A stretch of 64,000 nt of DNA. Origin: Bacteroidales bacterium. GTDB taxonomy: Bacteria; Bacteroidota; Bacteroidia; Bacteroidales; GCA-2748055. Position numbers and translations under genes: made by a program. Location: NCBI GenBank assembly GCA_023138875.1, contig JAGLOO010000003.1, positions 1,498-65,497 of the forward strand, written 5' to 3'. Within the stretch, counting starts at the first letter, position 1; each line of letters starts with the position of its first letter. Shown one piece after another: positions 11,501 through 20,367 of the stretch. The notes below the pieces were generated by a model that did not search any database, was not told the DNA's origin, and saw only the letters and a program-made list of their open reading frames with translations.

Positions 11501-11902
11501 GTGGAGGTTAATGACGGGACATTTATCCCGGGTGTGATCCAGAATCCTGACGGAACTTATACTGAGAATCTTGGTGAAGAGGGCACTATGTTTGTTCCTT
11601 ATATTATTATGTACCCCTGGTCATTTACCAAATCTTCAACCTTTGATGCAGATTTCATAAAGTTGAGAGAAATATCGCTGAGTTACCAGATTCCACGGTC
11701 AATTACCAGTAAATTGGGAATTCAGGACATATTGGTATCAATTTACAGCCGTAATATTATTTTATGGACCAAAGCAAAAATCGGAGTTGACCCGGAAAGA
11801 GCATTTCAGGCTGAATCCGGGGGATTCAAACAGGGAATTGAAAGGTATAATGTGGAACCCTGGGTAATACCTATTGGCTTTAAGTTGAATTTTACTTTTT
11901 AA
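8540..11902 (+). CDS. SusC/RagA-family TonB-dependent outer-membrane transporter
   Basis: ORF 8432-11902. The ATG at 8540 gives MRFNLLLTKLTKRLLATLVIAITFTLTVLQAQ (signal peptide). It is followed by a carboxypeptidase-regulatory-like domain (ITGKVTSSVDGLGLPGVTVLVKDT), a plug and a barrel, with a C-terminal aromatic residue. Confidence 0.9.
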   Translation: MRFNLLLTKLTKRLLATLVIAITFTLTVLQAQQPFTITGKVTSSVDGLGLPGVTVLVKDTQMGTVTDLDGNYHIEVPGSDVILVFSFIGFETQEVPVGSKTIIHVELLESALALEEVVVTALGITREEKSLGFSVGKVIGEEMTRVAQENVINSLAGKIAGVTINSTGGTGSSVSMIIRGASSLSSDNQPLFVIDGVPVINTLNNITQFGKDNRVDYGNAISDINPDDIESVSVLKGPSAAALYGSRAGNGVVLITTKSGKRSKGVTVNITSNTVFDRPYKYFETQKHFASGYFSFTPENYPGSIMTVDPAQGAGAGIECDKGYFAIQWQSPEDANGNKVPIELVSYPDNMANFVQTGITTTNGTSVSSNTEIMNYRLGFTNMSSRGIVPNSDLFRNSLSFASSVKAHEKLTISTNFNINRSWSNNRPSSNRGTNPLEWALKVPLNINILDLEDYWEPGQEGIQQRTPKNGLYNNPYFLANEVNNSFVRDRVFGNLKAEWQITSEISLMGRYSLDRYNEKRETKMAPSYTKEPNNGAYGIIDIANFESNADFLATYHKKLDKFDFSVSAGGNSSYRKGSSLSSSSKPSTGLIVPEVYSVSNIKSGSLNYGSSWYQRAIYSLYGMANLSYNSMIYLDLTYRNDWSSTLPPEEWSYDYPSASLSVLVNEMVDLGSWVDLIKLRGGWAVVGNDAPPYALFPTYGNAGQWGDATRLSKSGTILTPNLKPEEAASLEFGADIRILNDRLRIDGTYYKVNNHNQIIPNIPIASSSGYNSVTINAGLVESQGWEFLVMGTPIRTNNLLWDIGVNVSRNRTTLTEIADDIEFITFWRDVKGGAKTYLGDEIGDIYDATLLVVEDKDSPYYGYPIVGGENLRWQDKPSEAFMTKIGNYNPDFLLGLQSTLSYKGFSLNMTFDWRNGGQFVSQTHRYMSEDKMGGHWLDQMIHPGGRTGKELRDWLVENEDKYILNGFHVIGGPTVEYGGFPESYSGVEVNDGTFIPGVIQNPDGTYTENLGEEGTMFVPYIIMYPWSFTKSSTFDADFIKLREISLSYQIPRSITSKLGIQDILVSIYSRNIILWTKAKIGVDPERAFQAESGGFKQGIERYNVEPWVIPIGFKLNFTF

Positions 11903-11923
11903 TAAATATTAAAATTATATATC

Positions 11924-13591
11924 ATGTACACAAAAAGTAAAAGATTGATATTCTTATTGATGTTGCTTACGATTTTTATTTTCTCCTGCCGTGATCTGGA
12001 AGAAATGAACATCAACCCGAACGGGGTGGACCCTGCTATTGCACATCCCAACCTATTGTTAAGCACTTTAGTTACATCAACCGGACAAGCCGTGGTTAGC
12101 CTGGGATACGGGAATATAGCGGGCGTTATGCAGCATACACAGAAAGATGGCTGGAGCGGTGGTCATAACGGTTATGACTGGACAACAAGCCAGGATTGGG
12201 GAGGGTATTATAGCATCCTGAGGAATGTTGATGAAATGTATAATAAGGCCGTGGATATGGAACTTGAATTTCATCAGGGAGTGGCCCTGGTGATCAAGTC
12301 ATATATATTCGGACTGATCACAGATCTCTGGGGCGATGCACCATACTCACAGGCGCTAAAAGGAGATCTGGGGGAAGAAAAAATCATTCAACCGGTCTTT
12401 GACAGCCAGGAAGATATTTATGCCGGTATTCTTGCAGACCTTGAAACTGCAAATACATTGCTTTCAGGGAATCAAAGTGATTATGATGGAATATCGCCTG
12501 TACAGGATATACTTCTTGAGGGTGATGTTGAAAGGTGGAGGAAATTTGCAAACTCACTTGCCTTAAGATATTACATGCGGCTGTCTGAGAAGGATCCCTC
12601 CAATGCCCAGGCAGGAATTGAAAATATTGTTGGTGATCCGGAGGGATATCCGATAATCCTGGATGCCAGTGATGATGTTAATATGGATTATCCAGGTGCC
12701 AGTACAGCGGATTCCTGGCCTACAAATACAGTCTTCGGACAATTGGAACAGGGTTCTTTCAGACGGCTTAAAATGTGTGCCACCCTTGTAGATACCATGC
12801 AGAATTTGAACGATCCGAGACTGGAATTGTGGGCACAAAAGGTTGATATACCACTGGTTGTTGTTGCCTCACCGGCTGACAGGGATGAGATAGTTAATGG
12901 TATACGTTATGTCGGACCGGATGCTGTCAATGAGTACTTTGTTTTATATGGACTTGCTCCTGACGAAGATCCTGAGTATGTTGGACTTCCCCCATCCTGG
13001 GGGCAAGTACCACAGGCATACAATATGAATCCGGACAATAACTGGGGACAGGCCCCTCGAAATCCTCACGCTTCTCATCTTAATGATAGGTATAAAAATG
13101 CTTCAGGACCACTGTTAAAATCGCGCGTGCTTACTGCCGCCGAAGTACATTTTATAATTGCTGAAGCTGCCTTGAATGGGTGGACCACAGAAAACCCTCT
13201 GACGCACTATGAGGCAGGAGTGCAAGCCTCGTTAAAAGCCTGGGGAATTAGTAGCAAATATGATGACTATATGCTCAATGCAGGTGTAGCATATGAGGGG
13301 ACCCTGGAGCAGATCATGGAGCAAAAATGGATTGCAAGCTGGACTGCTGCAGCAGAGGCCTGGTTTGACTACAGGAGAACCGGATTACCTGCCTTGCAGC
13401 CCGGGACTGTTGTCAAAAGAGATGCTTTACCTCTAAGATTCTACTACTCCGTAGATGAGATGAATTACAACCCTGAGAATTCTCAGGTAGCGATTGATAT
13501 ACTTGAAGAAACAGCATTTTCGGCTGAGGATGGTAAAAACAGCGCCTGGTCAAAGATGTGGGTGCTTCAGGGTACAGGTAAACCGTGGTAA
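11924..13591 (+). CDS. SusD/RagB-family nutrient-binding outer-membrane lipoprotein
   Basis: 555-aa ORF 21 nt after SusC. Lipoprotein signal (FIFSCRD). SusD-like C-terminal motifs (WTAAAEAWFDYRRTGLP). Confidence 0.85.
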   Translation: MYTKSKRLIFLLMLLTIFIFSCRDLEEMNINPNGVDPAIAHPNLLLSTLVTSTGQAVVSLGYGNIAGVMQHTQKDGWSGGHNGYDWTTSQDWGGYYSILRNVDEMYNKAVDMELEFHQGVALVIKSYIFGLITDLWGDAPYSQALKGDLGEEKIIQPVFDSQEDIYAGILADLETANTLLSGNQSDYDGISPVQDILLEGDVERWRKFANSLALRYYMRLSEKDPSNAQAGIENIVGDPEGYPIILDASDDVNMDYPGASTADSWPTNTVFGQLEQGSFRRLKMCATLVDTMQNLNDPRLELWAQKVDIPLVVVASPADRDEIVNGIRYVGPDAVNEYFVLYGLAPDEDPEYVGLPPSWGQVPQAYNMNPDNNWGQAPRNPHASHLNDRYKNASGPLLKSRVLTAAEVHFIIAEAALNGWTTENPLTHYEAGVQASLKAWGISSKYDDYMLNAGVAYEGTLEQIMEQKWIASWTAAAEAWFDYRRTGLPALQPGTVVKRDALPLRFYYSVDEMNYNPENSQVAIDILEETAFSAEDGKNSAWSKMWVLQGTGKPW

Positions 13592-13607
13592 TTATTCTTA
13601 AAAAATA

Positions 13608-15521
13608 ATGAATAAACTTATTTTCATTGTTTCGCTTCTACTGGCGGGATGTAATCTATTTGCTCAAAACCGGGAGCTTTTTAAGTCAGAAATTGAAACT
13701 GATAAAAAGCCCTGGACCCATCTTAATTTTTATAACGATCCTGATAATTTTCAGTTTGCGATCGTGACTGACCGTAACGGGGGCAATCGCCCGGGTATTT
13801 TTGAGGATGCGGTTAGTAAGATCAATATACTGTATCCGGAATTTGTGTTAAGTGTAGGCGACCTGATCAATGGCTATACCAAGGATACAGCCCGGATAAG
13901 ATATGAATGGAATGAAGTGAACCAGGTCATTGATGAATTAAAAATGCCTTTTTTCTACCTCCCGGGTAATCACGATATTACCAACCAGGTTATGGCTAAG
14001 GAGTGGGAAAAGCGTTATGGAAAGAGGTATTATGATTTCATTTATAAAAACACTCTGTTTATCATACTCGACAGCAATGATGATGATGATTATAATCTGA
14101 CCAGGGAACAAACAGATTTTGCACTTGAAACGATCAGTCGGCATCCGGATGTCCGGTGGACATTTTTATTAATGCATCATCCTATCTGGACCTATAATAC
14201 CAATGGAAGATTTGAAGAGCTGGAAACTGCCCTGTCAGACCGCAAGTATACGGTATTGGCAGGCCATACCCATCATTATACTCATGAACACAGGAAGGAT
14301 CAGAACTATTATGTCCTTGCAACCACAGGTGGAGGAAGCAGTTTAAGAGGCAATTATTTTGGAGAATTTGATCACATCACATGGGTAACTATGACAGATG
14401 CCGGACCTTCTCTTGCAAATCTGCGCCTCGATGGTATTTTACCGCATGATATTGCCAACAAAGAGACACAACTCTTAGCCGGTGCATTGGCCAACAATGC
14501 CACCTTTGAACATGTTCTATTATGTAACCAGGGAGATAAATTCACTGATGGAACCCTCTATTTGTATTTTGAGAACCCAGGAGAGAAGCCTATGACCATT
14601 CATCTTCAGTTTTACCATCAGCACCAGTTGATCATTCCGGAACCTATAACGAAAGTCACATTGAATCCGAAGGGGAAGCGGGTTGTTGAAATTCCATTCA
14701 GTTCACCTGCACCTATTGCATATCATGAAGCGGAGGTCATTCAAATTGACTGGCAAATGAAGTATGAACTACCTGAATATCCAAATTTCCAATTTTCCGG
14801 CAGAACCAATTTTGAAGTTACGCCGACAAAAACCTCATTTCTTACACCACAAATACCAAAGTTTTTAAATATACTGACTGTCAGCGCAGTACATCCATAT
14901 GATAATCTTAAAACAGTTTTTAAAAACAGTCATAGCAAAGCTCCTGACACTGATGTTATCGGAGAGATAAAAATCGAAGAAAGTGGTGATGTGGGCATAC
15001 AACTAATGAATGATAAGGGACAGAGTACTTCTTTAGAATCCAGAACCTTTGAGAAGATCAACAAGCTTCACAAAGCAGTTAAAGTAAGTGATCCGGAGGA
15101 GGGCCTGAAATACAGTTATTATGAAGGAAGCTGGGATAAATTGCCCGAATTCGATCAATTGAAAGCAATATCAAATGGTGTTACCCAGGATTTCTGGGTC
15201 TCTGATTATGCGCTTCGTGAAGATCATTTTGGAATGGTATTTACCGGAACTATACTGGTGCAGGAGGATGGATTGTATATTTTCAGATCAAGATCTGATG
15301 ATGCATGCAAACTGTATATACATAATGAGCTGGTGGTCAATCAGGATAAAGTCAAAGAAGATTTTAAGGATGTCGGAGCCATTGCCCTGAAAAAGGGATT
15401 CCATCCTGTCACCATTCATTTTATGGAAGTAATTGGTCGTGAGAGATTGCGACTTTATTTCAAGAAAACTTATGATAATCAATGGGAAGAGCTGGAGGTT
15501 CAAGGGAGGTTTTATCATTGA
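13608..15521 (+). CDS. calcineurin-like metallophosphoesterase with C-terminal PA14 domain
   Basis: Metallophosphoesterase motifs GDLINGY, GNHD, MHHP and GHTHHY. The C-terminal ~140 aa (15093-15521; GLKYSYYEGSWDKLPEF...) is PA14-like and homologous to the C-terminus of the GH78 protein. Confidence 0.75.
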   Translation: MNKLIFIVSLLLAGCNLFAQNRELFKSEIETDKKPWTHLNFYNDPDNFQFAIVTDRNGGNRPGIFEDAVSKINILYPEFVLSVGDLINGYTKDTARIRYEWNEVNQVIDELKMPFFYLPGNHDITNQVMAKEWEKRYGKRYYDFIYKNTLFIILDSNDDDDYNLTREQTDFALETISRHPDVRWTFLLMHHPIWTYNTNGRFEELETALSDRKYTVLAGHTHHYTHEHRKDQNYYVLATTGGGSSLRGNYFGEFDHITWVTMTDAGPSLANLRLDGILPHDIANKETQLLAGALANNATFEHVLLCNQGDKFTDGTLYLYFENPGEKPMTIHLQFYHQHQLIIPEPITKVTLNPKGKRVVEIPFSSPAPIAYHEAEVIQIDWQMKYELPEYPNFQFSGRTNFEVTPTKTSFLTPQIPKFLNILTVSAVHPYDNLKTVFKNSHSKAPDTDVIGEIKIEESGDVGIQLMNDKGQSTSLESRTFEKINKLHKAVKVSDPEEGLKYSYYEGSWDKLPEFDQLKAISNGVTQDFWVSDYALREDHFGMVFTGTILVQEDGLYIFRSRSDDACKLYIHNELVVNQDKVKEDFKDVGAIALKKGFHPVTIHFMEVIGRERLRLYFKKTYDNQWEELEVQGRFYH

Positions 15522-15615
15522 GTAGAAACAGAGTTTAATCAGAACACTTTTTATCTAAAATCGGCTATCCGGCAAATTTTATTTCTCTACTTTTACTCAT
15601 GTAGTAATTATATTT

Positions 15616-16359
15616 ATGAATAAGGTTGTAATAGTAGCTTGGGTCACTTGTTTGTTTATAACACAACAGACAAAGGGAGAACAGACCGATACCATACCTT
15701 ACAGAAATGTTATAAAGTATAACATTTCTGCTCCTTTACTTTGGGGGAGTAAAAATTTTATATTTGAATACGAACGTACTATTTCACCTTCAATGTCTGC
15801 CAACTTAGGGCTGGGATACCGGACTTTTCCGAAATTTATTGGAATCGGAAAATCCGACAGTGCACTTATCGTCAGAGATCATAAAAATAAAGGAAGTTTC
15901 ACCGGATCACTGGATTTCCGATTCTACATGAAAAAAGAAAATAAATATCCGGCACCCCGAGGCATTTATTTAGGGCCCTTTGTAAATTATTTCTCGATCA
16001 ATATTGAAAATACATTTTCTACATTTTATAATGATATAGGTTCATTTACAGCAACAACCAGCATGAAGGTCTTGAGTGGCGGTTTTCAATTAGGTTATCA
16101 GTTTGTTTTCTTTGAAAGGCTCTCGCTTGATATTTGCTTTATAGGCCCATCAATTTCGTGGTATAATTTTTCAATGCAAACTGATGGATTCCTTAACTTG
16201 AAGGATAGTGATTTTTATGATCAGGTTGCAGATATTATTACTGAAAATTACCCGGTTGCAAATATTCTTTTAAAAGATTTCTCTATTAATGACAGGGGAA
16301 GAACCTCAAAATTATTCTTTGGTTACAAGTATTATTTTACAATCGGATTTTTATTCTAA
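15616..16359 (+). CDS. hypothetical outer-membrane beta-barrel-like protein
   Basis: 247-aa ORF with a signal peptide, alternating beta-strand-like segments and a C-terminal ...IGFLF. No family recognised. Confidence 0.4.
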   Translation: MNKVVIVAWVTCLFITQQTKGEQTDTIPYRNVIKYNISAPLLWGSKNFIFEYERTISPSMSANLGLGYRTFPKFIGIGKSDSALIVRDHKNKGSFTGSLDFRFYMKKENKYPAPRGIYLGPFVNYFSINIENTFSTFYNDIGSFTATTSMKVLSGGFQLGYQFVFFERLSLDICFIGPSISWYNFSMQTDGFLNLKDSDFYDQVADIITENYPVANILLKDFSINDRGRTSKLFFGYKYYFTIGFLF

Positions 16360-18285
16360 ATCACTAATTTCCAGCCATAATCTTGATCTCGGAGGTATTT
16401 CCATGTTTATCTGACCTTCAAGTATATGAACTTGCTTCCCTGAAAACTTATCCTCAATTCTTCCGTTTTCTAATCCCTCTGTGCTGAGATCGATATGAAC
16501 GGTTTCCTGGTTATAATTTTGGATCACCCATCCGGAATCGCCGTATGGTTGAAAAGTAACGCGTGTCGGGGCATTAAAATCAAAGCCCAATGGTGTTAAA
16601 AATTGATCCCGGAGGGTATTTGCCCAGGTTTGTGGTATCTCCAGCAAACCCATAGGTCGCGGGCATAGCAGAACCTCTCCGACTTTATCAAAATCAGCCT
16701 GAGAGAATGTGTGAGTGTTCAAGGTAAAAATATGCTCTCTTACAACCAAAAAAGCGATTTCGTCAGAGTTATGCCGGACTACCAGTTTTGCATACCCTTC
16801 TGTCAGTTGAATATCTGATTCGAGGTTGAGGCCGTACTTTATGGTTTCAGCTTTTCCTTCCACAATGATTTGATCTGCCACAAATGGGGATGAATCCAAC
16901 GGCCAACTTATACCAGCTATTTCAGCCAACCTTTTTCCATCTTTAGCATGTGCCAGAAATCCTGTTGTAAAAATCAAAGTTGCATGATTGGAGATTGAAG
17001 TTTCTATTTTAGTCAGGATCTCAGTATCTGCAGCTGCCTGGGTAGGTAAAAAAATCACCTTGGCATTTTCAGGGTATTGTGATACGGGTATCAAAGGAAC
17101 TCCTAACATTCCAATAAAATCCATGATATAAAGATCCCCATATGCATTACTATTTGCTGGCTTATAGGCCATCACACCTTTGACAGGTTCTGTTGCCACC
17201 TTCCTGGCAAGATCTGCCAGTTGTGTAAATTGTCTCCGCATTAAATGATGTCCTTTGTGACCATTTACAAAATCAAAATAGTTGAAAACAGATAGCTCCT
17301 GAGCACCGGCAAGCACGCTCTGCCATGCCTGATCGATGAAATCATTTTCATCACAATCACCATGGTCAAACCATGCACCACCCATCTTCTTCCCGGCCAG
17401 ACTTTCCATCCATTTATAGCTTACAAAGCTTTCATAGGGTTGGACAAAACCATACCTCTGTGTATATTGTCCGCGTGATTCCGTACCTACCCATACCTTA
17501 TCATAGAGAGCTGTTTTGTTTTCCACGTCATATCCAAAGAGATGAAAGCGGTCATACCACTGGGGATATTTAATGATCAATTTGATATCCGGGTTGATAC
17601 TTTTAGCAGGGCCAATAAATACACTTTCGGATAATTCAGTTAGCAAGTCCCTTCGGTATTGTGACCAGGAGCGGTCTCCTTTAGCAGCTTTTGATTCCAT
17701 ACTGGTATCGGCCGTGCACAGAAAATCATCGATAATGAACTCGTCAAAAACATCTGCAGACATCATCATAACCTCTTTTAAATCAGCCTGAGTTTTAGGA
17801 TTCTGCCAGTTGAACCAACCTAACTGAGCTTCTTGCCGGACACCAAAATTATCACCCGGAACTGTGGCTATTCCTCCAACCACCTCAATCTGGTTTTTTT
17901 CAAATAGATCCCGGACATCCTCTAATAAATTCTTTTCAATAACCAGGCCTCCACGATAAACTTCAATATATGCTTTTGTGATGCCATTGCAGCGGAAAAT
18001 GGAAATAGCTTCACGTCTTCCTGCTTCATCAGACAACAGGTTTTTTACAGCATGGGCTGTAATATAAATGCTTAGCTGAAGATCATCTTTCCGCTCCTGT
18101 GCATAAGAAAATTGGTCATTCACCGGTTCCGCTGGTTGTATACAGGATACCATAAATGCCGGTAACAGGAGGATCCAGATATAAGCAGAAGTGAACAGGT
18201 GGTATTTCAAAATGTTTTTCAATAATTTTGAAATGAGCTTCTCAGTCATATTCATACTTGGTTTTTTATTTATTTTTATCTTCAT
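16351..18285 (-). CDS. hypothetical lipoprotein, possibly glycoside-hydrolase-like
   Basis: 644-aa ORF with lipobox FMVSC. The start may be an internal Met at 18255 or 18249, which removes the overlap with the upstream gene. No confident family assignment. Confidence 0.5.
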   Translation of the reverse strand: MKIKINKKPSMNMTEKLISKLLKNILKYHLFTSAYIWILLLPAFMVSCIQPAEPVNDQFSYAQERKDDLQLSIYITAHAVKNLLSDEAGRREAISIFRCNGITKAYIEVYRGGLVIEKNLLEDVRDLFEKNQIEVVGGIATVPGDNFGVRQEAQLGWFNWQNPKTQADLKEVMMMSADVFDEFIIDDFLCTADTSMESKAAKGDRSWSQYRRDLLTELSESVFIGPAKSINPDIKLIIKYPQWYDRFHLFGYDVENKTALYDKVWVGTESRGQYTQRYGFVQPYESFVSYKWMESLAGKKMGGAWFDHGDCDENDFIDQAWQSVLAGAQELSVFNYFDFVNGHKGHHLMRRQFTQLADLARKVATEPVKGVMAYKPANSNAYGDLYIMDFIGMLGVPLIPVSQYPENAKVIFLPTQAAADTEILTKIETSISNHATLIFTTGFLAHAKDGKRLAEIAGISWPLDSSPFVADQIIVEGKAETIKYGLNLESDIQLTEGYAKLVVRHNSDEIAFLVVREHIFTLNTHTFSQADFDKVGEVLLCPRPMGLLEIPQTWANTLRDQFLTPLGFDFNAPTRVTFQPYGDSGWVIQNYNQETVHIDLSTEGLENGRIEDKFSGKQVHILEGQINMEIPPRSRLWLEISDLE

Positions 18286-19873
18286 GTTGCCAGACTAAAA
18301 CCTGTCCATCTTTTTCAAGCTGTGCGCGCAAACGCCCGTAACTGATTCGCTGAATATCTTCCTGTTCATTTATAGCCTGGGCAGCGGCTGTTGCTGCAAC
18401 CTGACCGAGCAGCATAAAAACAGGCTCCATACGAATCGAGCCGAAAGCAATATGTGATGCCGAAAGACAGACAGGCACAAGCAGGTTGGTACACTCTTCA
18501 CTCCTGGGGATAATAGAGCGAAATGATATAGGATAGGGCGGGAAGTTCCCAACTTGTACGTCACCTTCATTCCGTACATGACCTGTTTCATCCACGTAAC
18601 GCTGAACATGATGCGAATCCATGGTATAGGCCGCCAAACCTACAACATCTTCCACAAATTTCCGTCCTTCACAATCATGCTGAGTCATCATATAATCCGA
18701 GATCATCCGCCGTGCCTCACGTATATAAAGCTGATGAGGCCAGTGTCCATTATCAATAAATTCATCTTCAGGCAATCCCCAGCGATTTATTTCTTCACGA
18801 ACATATTCCGGCACCCGCTGATCATTCGCCAAAAACCACATCATGCCTTTCTGATAGTTTTCATGTTCGCTGATACTGCGGGCGCGTGTCTCATAGTCAC
18901 CATCCGGGTAGTCGTAGTTCATGCCGATATTATCCGAAGCAAAAGCTCCCTTGTTATTGGTGTCTGTTTTACCATTGGGTATCGGAGTGCTGAGATTCAG
19001 AACATCGAAGACGCCTGTTTTAATATAGCGCAGTAAAATTTCGTAGCGCAATGGATCGTAACTCTCCGGTTTGGGAAAAGGAATGCGGTTACCAGGAACG
19101 TTCGTTAAACACATCCGAAAGCAGTAGGCCTGAATACGATGGTCACCACTCCCTTCTTTCCCCGGTCCGCCATCATCCTGGATACCCGGAAGCAGACCGC
19201 TCTTCGGTTCGCCCGTAAGCCTGTAAGGGTCTACCGGATTCTTAAACTGATGATATTTGGCCTGAGCGGTCTGAACTCCGTTGAGCGATTCTCCATAGAT
19301 TTTAACAGACTCCCGGCCTACCGTGTAGGAAACGTCTGCTTTTGCCATCAGGTCACCTTCATAAGTCGCGTCAATAAACATTTTCGCTGAAAAGGTCAGC
19401 CCGGATTCCATCCGGATTTTCCTGATCCTGTTTCCGGATTTTTTAACACCGTTTATTAAATCTAACCGTTCTTCAAGATGGACGTGTATTTTTTCTTCAT
19501 CAACCATATCATTGAATATTTTTTCTGCGACATGCGGCTCAAAAGTCCACATCGTTCCGGTTGAGTCTGAAGCGGGATTGTAATGCTGAAAAACCCGTTC
19601 ATAATATTCTCTGGCCATACCTCCGACAGCCGCTTTATTACCGATATCGGTTGCTCCCAGTCCACCGGAACTTAAGCCACCCAGGTGTTTTCCCGGTTCA
19701 ATCAAAACTACAGACTTGCCCATCCTTGCCGTCTTAACCGCTGCAACCACTCCTGCAGACGTTCCGCCATAAACAACGACGTCATAATTGTTTTCATGGA
19801 CTGTTTGCGCCGAAATATTCGGAATTAATGACCGGAAAAAGATTATTGGTATGGTGAGATAATAGAGCTTCAT
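18266..19873 (-). CDS. FAD-dependent oxidoreductase (FAD_oxidored type common in polysaccharide loci)
   Basis: 535-aa ORF with a signal peptide followed by the dinucleotide-binding motif DVVVYGGTSAGVVAAV. Confidence 0.75.
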   Translation of the reverse strand: MKLYYLTIPIIFFRSLIPNISAQTVHENNYDVVVYGGTSAGVVAAVKTARMGKSVVLIEPGKHLGGLSSGGLGATDIGNKAAVGGMAREYYERVFQHYNPASDSTGTMWTFEPHVAEKIFNDMVDEEKIHVHLEERLDLINGVKKSGNRIRKIRMESGLTFSAKMFIDATYEGDLMAKADVSYTVGRESVKIYGESLNGVQTAQAKYHQFKNPVDPYRLTGEPKSGLLPGIQDDGGPGKEGSGDHRIQAYCFRMCLTNVPGNRIPFPKPESYDPLRYEILLRYIKTGVFDVLNLSTPIPNGKTDTNNKGAFASDNIGMNYDYPDGDYETRARSISEHENYQKGMMWFLANDQRVPEYVREEINRWGLPEDEFIDNGHWPHQLYIREARRMISDYMMTQHDCEGRKFVEDVVGLAAYTMDSHHVQRYVDETGHVRNEGDVQVGNFPPYPISFRSIIPRSEECTNLLVPVCLSASHIAFGSIRMEPVFMLLGQVAATAAAQAINEQEDIQRISYGRLRAQLEKDGQVLVWQHEDKNK

Positions 19874-19889
19874 ATTATTACCTGTTATT

Positions 19890-20354
19890 TTAACTTTTCA
19901 CGTTTTCCAATTCATTAACAAGACGGGAAACTGTTTCAGGTTCCACATTCACACCCGTGAAAAGTGGAATATTGTATAACATGATATCAATGCTTACACT
20001 TTTTGCAACGGTTTTGAAAAATTTATAGATGCCTTCCTGGATGGGTCTGCAGTAAAAGGGTGCAACGATCATTACCGCTTCCTTTACGGAAGCAGCTCCG
20101 ACTCCTGCGACAAGCGGCACTCTGCCGGCTGCCGTTTCCTTCACCACTTTGAACATATCAATTCGTTCTCCTACAGTCATGGTAATAAATTCACCGGTTG
20201 TTCCGGTTACAGCAATCGAATCACAATGTTCTTTCTCTATAATATAGTCGGCGAGATTTTCCGCTGTTTTGTAATTTACCGTATCGGAATCCTTGTCAAA
20301 AGGTGTAACAAGCGGTATTATGATACGTCCAAGTTTTTCTTCTAATGTTTTCAT
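19890..20354 (-). CDS. DHDPS/N-acetylneuraminate-lyase family fragment (probably non-functional remnant)
   Basis: Only 154 aa against ~300 for the family. It keeps IIPLVTPF, GTTGEF and YNIP. It lacks ~15 aa before the PFY segment and everything from the Schiff-base Lys region onward. Compare the full-length paralog at 55953-56858. Confidence 0.6.
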   Translation of the reverse strand: MKTLEEKLGRIIIPLVTPFDKDSDTVNYKTAENLADYIIEKEHCDSIAVTGTTGEFITMTVGERIDMFKVVKETAAGRVPLVAGVGAASVKEAVMIVAPFYCRPIQEGIYKFFKTVAKSVSIDIMLYNIPLFTGVNVEPETVSRLVNELENVKS

Positions 20355-20367
20355 ATGTACAAGCCCC

